NCBI GenBank assembly: GCA_017531805.1
Contig: JAFXKG010000006.1
Location: forward strand, 21,395-85,394
From: Clostridia bacterium
Lineage (GTDB): Bacteria; Bacillota; Clostridia; Christensenellales; UBA1242
Direction: 5' to 3'
Length of the DNA stretch: 64,000 nucleotides
Shown here: in pieces, positions 36,382 to 43,534 of the stretch
Numbering within the stretch: position 1 is the first letter of the stretch
How the letters are laid out: each line of letters starts with the position of its first letter
Made by a program: the position numbers and the translations under genes
Notes under the pieces: model-generated
What the model saw: only the letters and a program-made list of their open reading frames with translations
Databases searched by the model: none
What the model was told of the DNA's origin: nothing

Positions 36382-36469
36382 TATTTGATTTTATAATTTA
36401 GTTTTTTAATTAAATCTATATTGACATGATAATGTTTTTGTGTTATGATTTGGCTCGCAGGAGATAAAT

Positions 36470-36745
36470 ATGGATTTTAAAATTAGTAGTGTATATAGAG
36501 CAATTATGATAGACGGTGATTATTGCTATAGGCAAGGCAGAGAAGCAGAAGAACAATGCTTTTATTATCAAGCAAAAGATTGGTTTAGTAAAGCATGTAA
36601 AAGGTTTGCGGAAGCAGAAAGTGTTGTTAGTGAACATGATGAAAAAAAAGCAAATTTAGCAAAAAGAAAAAAGATTGCAAGCAACAAAAAACAATTAGAA
36701 ATGCGTAAAAAACTTTACAGCAAAATCAATATGTTGGATTTATAA
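36470..36745 (+). CDS. hypothetical protein (91 aa)
   Basis: RBS gcaggagat upstream. Basic C-terminal half. No family recognised. Confidence 0.3.
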   Translation: MDFKISSVYRAIMIDGDYCYRQGREAEEQCFYYQAKDWFSKACKRFAEAESVVSEHDEKKANLAKRKKIASNKKQLEMRKKLYSKINMLDL

Positions 36746-36805
36746 AAATTTAAGATGCAAAGTTAAAGTATGTACAGGTAGTCAATGTGACTACCTTTTT
36801 TTAAT

Positions 36806-37066
36806 TTAATAACGCTTTCTACAACAATCGCATTTTTGATATTTATCATAATCATTGTCATTATATCTGTCAAAATGTTTTTGTTTACACGGTACAGTTC
36901 TAATGCAATATTCTATAGTTGTTTCCCAACAAAAGCGTTGTTTGTGACAATTATCTTCTTTTTTGCGATCATAATCTTTATCGTTGCGACACCAAACTTC
37001 TGGGTAACAGCATACTTCTTGTCTTATGTCTTTGTTGTAATCGTTATCATTATATCTATCGTACAT
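36806..37066 (-). CDS. small Cys-rich protein (11 Cys) with terminal DRYNDNDY(N/D)K repeats
   Basis: The AAGGAG RBS favours the ATG at 37066. The D/N/K/Y/C-rich composition is reminiscent of spore coat/exosporium Cys-rich proteins. Confidence 0.45.
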   Translation of the reverse strand: MYDRYNDNDYNKDIRQEVCCYPEVWCRNDKDYDRKKEDNCHKQRFCWETTIEYCIRTVPCKQKHFDRYNDNDYDKYQKCDCCRKRY

Positions 37067-37220
37067 TTGCATCTCCTTATTTTTACAGCATCAAATTGAT
37101 GCCTACTACATGGTATTAAAAAAATAAAAAAATGGTTAATCTTTTAAAATGATAACAAAAAATTATAAATAAAACTTAATCTAGATAATTAATCATATGT
37201 ATATTTTATTATCTGTAAAA

Positions 37221-37252
37221 ATAAAAAAATGTGCCCGACCATGTCAGACACT
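37221..37252 (-). terminator. intrinsic terminator of the tRNA operon (minus strand only)
   Basis: The hairpin at 37231-37251 pairs perfectly only as minus-strand RNA (two G-U pairs). A U7 run follows. Confidence 0.7.
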
Positions 37253-37256
37253 TTCG

Positions 37257-37333
37257 TGGTAGAGATGAGTGGACTCGAACCACCGACCCCCACCTTATCA
37301 GGGTGGTGCTCTAACCTGCTGAGCTACATCTCT
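37257..37333 (-). tRNA. tRNA-Ile (anticodon GAU), CCA encoded
   Basis: Hand-folded cloverleaf: AGAGATG TA GCTC AGCAGGTTA GAGC A CCACC CTGATAA GGTGG GGGTC GGTGG TTCGAGT CCACT CATCTCT ACCA. It has an unusual A1-U72 pair. Confidence 0.9.
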
Positions 37334-37462
37334 TTAAAAAATTTTGTTTTTAAGACTTTATCAACTGTCTTAGCACCCAGATAAGGTTATTCTTCGCCTT
37401 GATAAATCAAGTCGCCCACCTTAACTCGTGCAAGCACGAGGTGCGTTCGCTTTGCTCGGCAA

Positions 37463-37497
37463 CAGGGTGGTGCTCTAACCTGCTGAGCTACATCTCT
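37463..37497 (-). pseudogene. duplicated 5' half of tRNA-Ile (positions 1-34), no matching 3' half
   Basis: 35/35 nt identical to 37299-37333. Identity stops after anticodon base G34. No T-arm occurs in the following 129 nt. Confidence 0.75.
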
Positions 37498-37566
37498 TGG
37501 TGAAGAATAATATATTCTCTGCACTTTGTGCTGGTGGAGAATAATTCCATTCTCTGCACCTTGTGC
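37498..37566 (-). repeat. two tandem 34-35-nt repeats that each regenerate the tRNA-Ala 3' acceptor strand plus CCA
   Basis: On the minus strand: GCACAAGGTGCAGAGAATGGAATTATTCTCCACCA, then GCACAAAGTGCAGAGAATATATTATTCTTCACCA. They sit directly between tRNA-Ala and the tRNA-Ile fragment. Confidence 0.8.
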
Positions 37567-37643
37567 TGGTGGAGAATATCGGGCTCGAACCGATGACCTC
37601 CTGCTTGCAAGGCAGGCGCTCTAGCCAACTGAGCTAATCCCCC
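37567..37643 (-). tRNA. tRNA-Ala (anticodon UGC), CCA encoded
   Basis: GGGGGAT TA GCTC AGTTGGCTA GAGC G CCTGC CTTGCAA GCAGG AGGTC ATCGG TTCGAGC CCGAT ATTCTCC ACCA. The G3-U70 identity pair is present. Confidence 0.92.
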
Positions 37644-37665
37644 AAGGTTTTCAAAGTACTTGACT

Positions 37666-37694
37666 ATATTAGCAACATTTAAATCATTTGTCAA
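37666..37694 (-). promoter_or_regulatory. sigma-70 promoter of the tRNA operon
   Basis: On the minus strand: TTGACA (37694-37689), 17-nt spacer, TAATAT (37671-37666). Confidence 0.55.
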
Positions 37695-37733
37695 TAAATT
37701 TTTACAAAAATTTTAAATTTTCTTAAAATTGTT

Positions 37734-37763
37734 TAAAAAAAGTTTCTGACCTAGATCAGAAAC
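37734..37763 (-). terminator. intrinsic terminator of the Rho-like gene
   Basis: Stem GTTTCTGA (37742-37749) / TCAGAAAC (37756-37763), with the stop codon in the loop. A U7 run follows on the minus strand. Confidence 0.75.
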
Positions 37764-38791
37764 ATTTTATCGTTTTCTATTTTATAGCGCTTGTCTGCAA
37801 GTTTTTCTATCAAATCAATGGTTTTGTTGTTCGCGAAAATTGCAAACAATGTGATACTGCCATTACTGCTTGCTTTTGCAACAGAGATAAGATTTTTAGT
37901 GTTGGTCAAAATTTCATCATCAACACTTGCAACAGAAATTGCATCGTCAACCGCAATGGCAACATGTTCGCCATTTTCCATAAGTCGTTTTGCGTATTCT
38001 GTGGCAATGTTTACTATCCTTCTTGCTGTATCAGGTGTATCAGTTATATTGGCAACAAATTTTTCCGCGTCTTGCAAATCGTCTAAAAAGAGTTTGTTTT
38101 TTTCTGCGATTGTAACATTTATATAAATCTTTTTTGTGGCATTGCATTTGTTTAAAATGTTGATTATGTTTTGAGTGTTTTCGTTGTTGTTTGTGCCATA
38201 AAAATATGCGTTTTCACCAAACTTAATATCAAGATTGTCGATATTGATTTTTTTATTTGGCGCAACTGGTTTTATTGCGTAATAATTGGTTCTTTCCTTA
38301 TTAAATTTTTTAATAGGGCAACCGTTGATGTTAAAGATATCCTTTACAACCAACTGATTATTTACATTATTAAATTCAAAAGTGACATAATCGCCAGATT
38401 TGATGTTGTAATTGTTGAGTAAAATTGTTGGAGTATAGTAGCAGGTTGTACATTCTTTTATGCACCAGATATAAGAAGTGTTTTGGTTTAATTTTTCCAC
38501 AAAACCAGCACCAGTTTTTACATCATCATAACTAAAAGTTTTGTTTTGGTTAAGCGACATAGTATTGTCAAATGTAGGAGTGGTGTTTAAGATGTCAAAA
38601 GAATAACCAAAATACTTTGGCGGGCGTCCTTGTTTTGTTGATGCTTGTGGTGCACGTTTACCTGCATTTATTTCTAAAATTTCGTGTATTAATTGGGCTT
38701 TTTTCTTGCTTGTAGGCGTTGCCACGCCAGTTTTTCTGGCCAATTCTCTAAGGGTAAAAATGCTATATTCGTTTAATTCTTTTTCTGTCAT
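37751..38791 (-). CDS. Rho-derived protein: Rho_N-like helix, CSD-like region and RecA-like core lacking the Walker-A P-loop, C-terminally shorter than Rho
   Basis: FTLRELARKTGVATPTSKKKAQLIHEILE (Rho_N-like). GAGFVEKL..IKSGDYVTFEF (Rho RNA-binding-like). TARRIVNIATEYAKRLMENGEHVAIAVDDAISVA resembles the Rho core, but the P-loop position reads YGTNNNENT. Start set at the ATG at 38791 (AGGTG RBS). Confidence 0.6.
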   Translation of the reverse strand: MTEKELNEYSIFTLRELARKTGVATPTSKKKAQLIHEILEINAGKRAPQASTKQGRPPKYFGYSFDILNTTPTFDNTMSLNQNKTFSYDDVKTGAGFVEKLNQNTSYIWCIKECTTCYYTPTILLNNYNIKSGDYVTFEFNNVNNQLVVKDIFNINGCPIKKFNKERTNYYAIKPVAPNKKINIDNLDIKFGENAYFYGTNNNENTQNIINILNKCNATKKIYINVTIAEKNKLFLDDLQDAEKFVANITDTPDTARRIVNIATEYAKRLMENGEHVAIAVDDAISVASVDDEILTNTKNLISVAKASSNGSITLFAIFANNKTIDLIEKLADKRYKIENDKMFLI

Positions 38792-38806
38792 ATTAACACC
38801 TATTTT

Positions 38807-38868
38807 TGTCGAAATCATGATACCATAATATAATTTGCTTGTAAAGTATTTTTGTAAAAAATTCGACA
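38807..38868 (-). promoter_or_regulatory. putative promoter of the Rho-like gene bracketed by inverted 0A-box heptamers
   Basis: On the minus strand: TGTCGAA (38868-38862), 16 nt, TTTACA (38845-38840), 17 nt, TATCAT (38822-38817), gat, TTCGACA (38813-38807). Confidence 0.45.
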
Positions 38869-38877
38869 TTTTTGAAT

Positions 38878-38906
38878 AAAATAAAAAACTAGGCGGTTAT
38901 GCCTAG
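38878..38906 (-). terminator. intrinsic terminator of mazF
   Basis: Stem CTAGGC (38889-38894) / GCCTAG (38901-38906). A U-run follows on the minus strand. Confidence 0.7.
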
Positions 38907-39236
38907 ACTTATCAATATTGCAATGTCTACTTTTTGCATTGTGTCTTTATCAAGGGCACAAACAAGGTCTTTTAGCCTGCGCTTGTCAAGAGTTCGTATT
39001 TGCTCAAGAAGAACCACACTGTCTTTTTCTAAATTAAATTTATCTTTTTTTAGTTCTATGTGTGTAGGTAGTTTGGCCTTGTCTAATTGACTTGTGATTG
39101 CGGCGATAATGACAGTGGGGCTGTATTTGTTGCCAACATTGTTTTGCACAACCAAAACAGGGCGTATTCCGCCTTGTTCACTGCCAACAACTGGGCTTAA
39201 GTCTGCATAGTAGATATCGCCACGACTAACTTCCAT
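38889..39236 (-). CDS. mazF: MazF/PemK (EndoA-type) toxin endoribonuclease
   Basis: [48 protein letters not shown] is a near-canonical MazF/EndoA sequence. Confidence 0.9.
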   Translation of the reverse strand: MEVSRGDIYYADLSPVVGSEQGGIRPVLVVQNNVGNKYSPTVIIAAITSQLDKAKLPTHIELKKDKFNLEKDSVVLLEQIRTLDKRRLKDLVCALDKDTMQKVDIAILISLGITA

Positions 39237-39427
39237 TATTCTCCTTTAAGATATTTAAGCGAAATGTCAAAATCATCAATTTGGTCAAAATCTTGCATGA
39301 TGTCATGTATTGCGCAAAGATATTCATTGTCAGTATATGCAGAACTCGAAAATCTTGGTATATATGGTTTTTTAACTTCTTTAAAAGTATCCATATATTT
39401 GATGTATTCTTCAATTTCTTCTCTCAT
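39236..39427 (-). CDS. putative cognate antitoxin, acidic 63-aa protein with no recognisable RHH or AbrB fold
   Basis: AAGGAG RBS. TAATG overlap with mazF (translational coupling). Acidic C-terminus ([16 protein letters not shown]). Confidence 0.45.
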   Translation of the reverse strand: MREEIEEYIKYMDTFKEVKKPYIPRFSSSAYTDNEYLCAIHDIMQDFDQIDDFDISLKYLKGE

Positions 39428-39449
39428 ATAATCTCCTTTACGATGTTTT

Positions 39450-39902
39450 TTAAACCTTGGCTAAAAGTTTTTTTAGTTTTTCGTAAAAATCTTCTTGCAT
39501 TTTCTTAAATTCGGCAACAAGTTCGTTTAGTTCTTGGTTGTTTGTTTTAAGGTCTTTTTGTGCTTTTATTGTGTCAACAATACCCATAACTGTGCCTGTT
39601 ATCATCATTTCTACAATGTGTCGTGGTGATTTGTCCATCCACAAAGACATATAAAGCATGGTTGTTTGTTTGGCTTTTTTAAAAAAACTATTTTCCTTAA
39701 CTTCTTTATCTTTGCTTAAAGCAAAAGCATCACATTTTTCTGCAAACTTTTCGTATGCTTCAAATTGCTTTTTAAACATTTTTTTAAGCGTCTCGTCTTC
39801 TATTTTCTTTAAAATTTTATTGATTGCCAACATACCAACAGTTGCATCTTGATAAATACGGTTTAATAATCCCATTTCTTTGTCTTCCATATGTTCCTCC
39901 AT
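39450..39902 (-). CDS. hypothetical helical protein (150 aa)
   Basis: Predicted all-helical, K/E-rich. It lies 22 nt upstream of the antitoxin-like ORF on the same strand. No family confidently recognised. Confidence 0.4.
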   Translation of the reverse strand: MEEHMEDKEMGLLNRIYQDATVGMLAINKILKKIEDETLKKMFKKQFEAYEKFAEKCDAFALSKDKEVKENSFFKKAKQTTMLYMSLWMDKSPRHIVEMMITGTVMGIVDTIKAQKDLKTNNQELNELVAEFKKMQEDFYEKLKKLLAKV

Positions 39903-40008
39903 GCATAGTTTTTGCTAAATATTGGGTATTATGCAAGTTTTAATCAATAATTTAAATTTGTTTGTAATAAAAAAATCCATTTAGGTAACAATGGATAAAG
40001 GAGGAAAT

Positions 40009-40596
40009 ATGGATTTTCAAGAAAGTAAAACAAAAGAAAACTTAGCACGCAGTTTTGCGGCAGAGTGTCAAGAAGGAGCGCGCTATCAATTTATGGCGAA
40101 AATGGCACAACAACAAGGTTATCAATACATGAGTATGTTGATTCGTACACTTGCGCATAACGAAATGGCGCACGCACAACAATTTTTTAATAAGATTGTA
40201 GAACTTGGTGGCAACCAAACACAAAATATCGAAATCACTGCCGGGTATCCTTTTAAAAGCGGTGAGTTGCTTGATGTATTAAAACAAGAAGCAGAAAACG
40301 AACACATGAGTGCAGAAAGTATATATCCAAAGTTTGCAGATATAGCGCGTGATGAAGGCTTTGAAGATGTGGCAAATTTGTTTGATATGGTAAGCAAAGT
40401 AGAACGCACACACGAGCGTACACTAAAAAAACTACACGAAAACTTAAGTTGCAATTGCTTGTACAAATGCAATGATGAGCATGCTTTCAAATGTGACGAA
40501 TGTGGCACAATAATCATGAACAAATGCGCACCAAAAACTTGTCCACTCTGCAAAATGGGTCAAGGTTATTATAGAATAGATTTTAGCATCAACTAA
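40009..40596 (+). CDS. rbr: rubrerythrin (ferritin-like diiron domain plus C-terminal rubredoxin-like CxxC..CxxC)
   Basis: AAGGAGGA RBS before the ATG at 40009. Contains ENLARSFAAECQEGARYQF, HNEMAHAQ, ERTHERT and CDECG..CPLC. Confidence 0.9.
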   Translation: MDFQESKTKENLARSFAAECQEGARYQFMAKMAQQQGYQYMSMLIRTLAHNEMAHAQQFFNKIVELGGNQTQNIEITAGYPFKSGELLDVLKQEAENEHMSAESIYPKFADIARDEGFEDVANLFDMVSKVERTHERTLKKLHENLSCNCLYKCNDEHAFKCDECGTIIMNKCAPKTCPLCKMGQGYYRIDFSIN

Positions 40597-40611
40597 AGAT
40601 AAGTTTTAATA

Positions 40612-40641
40612 TAAAAAAATAGAGCGTCGGCTCTATTTTTA
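40612..40641. terminator. bidirectional intrinsic terminator
   Basis: Stem TAGAGC (40620-40625) / GCTCTA (40630-40635) with a flanking A-run and T-run. Confidence 0.8.
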
Positions 40642-40851
40642 AATCTCTTCAATACCTAAAAGATAATCAGTAGAAACTTCAAAAAACTCTGCAATTTTTA
40701 TAAGGGTGTCTAGGTCAGGTTCGTTTATACCTTTTTCCCAAGAACTTATTGTTTGATTTGCGACACCAAAAAACTCACCCAACTTTCTTTGGGAAATATT
40801 TTTACTTTCACGTAATTCTTTTAATGTTTTACCAAAATAATTGTTTTTCAC
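40639..40851 (-). CDS. XRE-family helix-turn-helix transcriptional regulator (70 aa)
   Basis: LKELRESKNISQRKLGEFFGVANQTISSWEKGINEPDLDTLIKIAEFF is a classic HTH_3 pattern. Confidence 0.85.
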   Translation of the reverse strand: MKNNYFGKTLKELRESKNISQRKLGEFFGVANQTISSWEKGINEPDLDTLIKIAEFFEVSTDYLLGIEEI

Positions 40852-40885
40852 TATAAATAGTTTAATAAAATTTTACAATATTATG

Positions 40886-40914
40886 TTGACATCCCATAAA
40901 TTATGTGATAATAT
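40886..40914 (+). promoter_or_regulatory. sigma-70 promoter (divergent from the XRE gene)
   Basis: TTGACA (40886-40891), 17-nt spacer, TAATAT (40909-40914). Confidence 0.5.
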
Positions 40915-40931
40915 AAATTAAAGGTGGATGC

Positions 40932-41246
40932 ATGAATAATGATATTTTAGTAAAAATGTATAATGCATTTTTAAAGGATAACAAAATGAGTTTTGAAGAT
41001 ATAAAAACGCAATATACAGAGCAAATTGATGAATTATACAAAGCAAATAAACAATATATTCCTTTTGATAAATATAATGATTTTGATAAATTAATAGAAC
41101 TTGTAAAACTAGATATGAAGGCAAAATTTGAATACGAAAAAAGATTAATAATAAAAATGGGTATGCAAATAGGGTTAGATGCTCCACCAAGATTGGTAGA
41201 AGAAGAAATAGAACTACTTGAAAAGGTTAGCAAGATAAAAAAATAG
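40932..41246 (+). CDS. hypothetical protein (104 aa)
   Basis: RBS aaaggtgg. Helical, K/E/D-rich. A terminator lies at 41240-41266. No family recognised. Confidence 0.4.
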   Translation: MNNDILVKMYNAFLKDNKMSFEDIKTQYTEQIDELYKANKQYIPFDKYNDFDKLIELVKLDMKAKFEYEKRLIIKMGMQIGLDAPPRLVEEEIELLEKVSKIKK

Positions 41247-41260
41247 GTCACTGTGACCTA

Positions 41261-41317
41261 TTTTTTAGTTGGATTTATTCTAAATATAGTTCCGCGTTGT
41301 TCATGATGGGCGGCGTC
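41261..41317 (-). repeat. degenerate duplicate (~51/57 nt) of the 3' end of the MBL gene (compare 41432-41488)
   Basis: The minus strand reads DAAHHEQRGTIFRINPTKK-stop, against the DIAHHEQRGTIFRINPTKK-stop of the intact gene 171 nt away. Confidence 0.75.
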
Positions 41318-41428
41318 AAAACTCTCGCTTTTAATAATTGCGCAAAAATTCGCAATTAGTGTCTTAGGCTCGGTTTTTCCTTATCCCTTCAAAACATGTG
41401 TTGTGTGGGAACCCTGTTAGACATATTT

Positions 41429-42226
41429 TTATTTTTTAGTAGGGTTTATTCTAAATATAGTCCCGCGTTGTTCATGATGGGCGATGTCTAGGCGGATGTT
41501 TACATTTGGTATTATATTTTTGCTTTCTAAATAGTTTGCTATTGTACCAACGGCAAGGTTGGTGGTGTTGCTGTGCTCACTTATATGAGAAAGCACAACC
41601 ATGCGTGTGCCAGCGTGCACAAGTTTTTCTATAGCTTTTGCACAATTTATGTTAGACAAATGCCCATTTGGTCCATTTATGCGTCTTTTTAAAAATGGTG
41701 GATAATTTGGGTACGCCATAAGCATTTCTGGGTCGTAGTTTGCTTCTAGGTATACAAGCGCACTTGATTTTATGATTTCAAATGTATTTTCGCTAAAATG
41801 ACCTAAGTCTGTACAAACAGAGATAACCGCATCTTGTTCGCTTACACGATATCCAACGCAAAATTTGCTATCGTGGGGTAGTGCAAAAGGTGTAATCACC
41901 AAATCTTTTATTTCAAATTGATTGTCAAAAAAGTTGAATAGACTTTCATCGGTATGTATTTGATTTTTTAAAATTTCATTTATGTTCACATGTGCATAAA
42001 TTGGTGTGTTGTACACTCTAGAAAATTTTTCAATACCTTTAATATGGTCGCTATGTTCATGTGTGATTAAAATTGCGTCAATTTGGCATGGGTCTACACC
42101 AAGTTCGGTTAGGGCAGTGCAAACATATTGCAAAGACTTTCCATTATCAATAAGTATCTTTGCATTTTCGCTTTCAATATATGTGCAGTTGCCACTGCTT
42201 CCACTTGCCAAATTACATACGCGCAT
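41429..42226 (-). CDS. MBL-fold metallo-hydrolase (YycJ/WalJ-like)
   Basis: MRVCNLASGSSGNCTYIE start is typical of the family, with HEHSDHIKG. The track's TTG-initiated extension was not adopted. Confidence 0.75.
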   Translation of the reverse strand: MRVCNLASGSSGNCTYIESENAKILIDNGKSLQYVCTALTELGVDPCQIDAILITHEHSDHIKGIEKFSRVYNTPIYAHVNINEILKNQIHTDESLFNFFDNQFEIKDLVITPFALPHDSKFCVGYRVSEQDAVISVCTDLGHFSENTFEIIKSSALVYLEANYDPEMLMAYPNYPPFLKRRINGPNGHLSNINCAKAIEKLVHAGTRMVVLSHISEHSNTTNLAVGTIANYLESKNIIPNVNIRLDIAHHEQRGTIFRINPTKK

Positions 42227-42293
42227 ATGTGCATAATAACAAATTAAACAAAATTTTGCAAGATTTTTGGCACTGGTTTTTTCTTCCAATAAA

Positions 42294-42322
42294 TTGACAA
42301 TACTCTTATTTTATGGCATAAT
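42294..42322 (+). promoter_or_regulatory. sigma-70 promoter of hflX
   Basis: TTGACA (42294-42299), 17-nt spacer, CATAAT (42317-42322). Confidence 0.5.
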
Positions 42323-42355
42323 AAATTTTAAAAGAAATGTGTAAGGAGGAAATTT

Positions 42356-43450
42356 ATGTTTGAAACAAAAACAGAGAAACAAGAAAAAGTGTACATTGTT
42401 TGTCCTTACACGGATATGGATAATGCGGACTATAGAACCAAAGAATTAGAGCAACTTGCAGAAAGTGCATTGCTTGACATTGTTAAGACAAATTGCTTTT
42501 TGGTTAAAGAAATAAATGCACGCACTTATATGGGCATTGGTAAGGTGGAAGAAATTGCCAAAGATGTGGAAAACTTGGGTGCGGATGTTGTGCTTTTTGA
42601 TTGTCCACTTACTGGATCTCAGTTAAGGAACTTAAACGAAACAATAGGTGTTAAAACTATTGATAGAACAATGCTTATTTTAGATATATTTGCAGGGCGC
42701 GCAAAGAGTAGTGAAGGCAAGTTGCAAGTAGAACTTGCTCAACTTAAATATTCGTTACCTAGATTAAGTTCGCTTACTGCCAATAGCAATAGGTCAAGCA
42801 CAGGTGTAGGTATGCGTGGAGCAAGTGAAACCAAGTTGGAACTTGACAGGCGTAAAATTCAAGAAAATATTGTCCGTCTTGAAAAAGAGATTAAAGAAAT
42901 TCAAAAACATCGTCAAACAACACGAAAACAACGCTTAAGCAGGATGAACAGCGTCGCGCTTGTTGGTTATACAAACGCAGGTAAGTCAACTTTGATGAAT
43001 ACAATTGCCAAAGCGGAGACTTATGCGGACAATAGATTGTTTGCAACACTTGATGTTTTAACCAAAAAAGTTTGGGATGATGGTGTGGAATATGTGCTTA
43101 TTGATACAGTTGGTTTTGTAAGCAATCTTCCACACGAACTTATGTATGCATTTTCTGCCACATTAGAAGAAACAATAGATGCAGATGTTCTTTTGGTTGT
43201 GGTTGATGCTAGCGATAAGCATAAATACGAACAAATAGAAGTTGTTGAACGCGAATTGGATAGATTAAATGTAGAAAAATCTCGCGTAATTTTGGTGTTT
43301 AACAAAATAGATAAGATTTCAGATGAAGAAATTGCAGACCTTGTTAAATATCCTTATACCACTTGCTATATTGGTGCAAAAAAAGGCATAAACATTGTCC
43401 AACTTAAACAACTTATTAAAGAAAAATTGCAAAACACAACAAGATATTAA
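42356..43450 (+). CDS. hflX: GTPase HflX
   Basis: G1 [10 protein letters not shown]3 DTVGF, G4 NKID. The N-terminal HflX domain is present ([15 protein letters not shown]). Confidence 0.9.
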   Translation: MFETKTEKQEKVYIVCPYTDMDNADYRTKELEQLAESALLDIVKTNCFLVKEINARTYMGIGKVEEIAKDVENLGADVVLFDCPLTGSQLRNLNETIGVKTIDRTMLILDIFAGRAKSSEGKLQVELAQLKYSLPRLSSLTANSNRSSTGVGMRGASETKLELDRRKIQENIVRLEKEIKEIQKHRQTTRKQRLSRMNSVALVGYTNAGKSTLMNTIAKAETYADNRLFATLDVLTKKVWDDGVEYVLIDTVGFVSNLPHELMYAFSATLEETIDADVLLVVVDASDKHKYEQIEVVERELDRLNVEKSRVILVFNKIDKISDEEIADLVKYPYTTCYIGAKKGINIVQLKQLIKEKLQNTTRY

Positions 43451-43534
43451 TATAAGTCGTTTTAATAATCAAAAGTGTGGCAGATAAAATTATGTCACGC
43501 TTTTTTGTTTGCTCTGTTGCGGTTAAAAAAACGG

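Noticed and set aside
37334-37497. tRNA-Ile interrupted by a group I intron in the anticodon loop.
   Set aside because: The insert is only 129 nt. No 3' exon (T-arm or acceptor 3' strand) follows it before the separate intact tRNA-Ile. I see no group I core elements.
37488-37694. 68-aa minus-strand ORF.
   Set aside because: It overlaps tRNA-Ala and the tRNA-derived repeats, so it is an artefact of translating tRNA sequence.
40639-41488. Prophage or integrative element (XRE regulator, small unknown ORF, duplicated gene end).
   Set aside because: No integrase, recombinase, replication or structural genes are present. At most this is a scar, and it is reported as a low-interest finding only.
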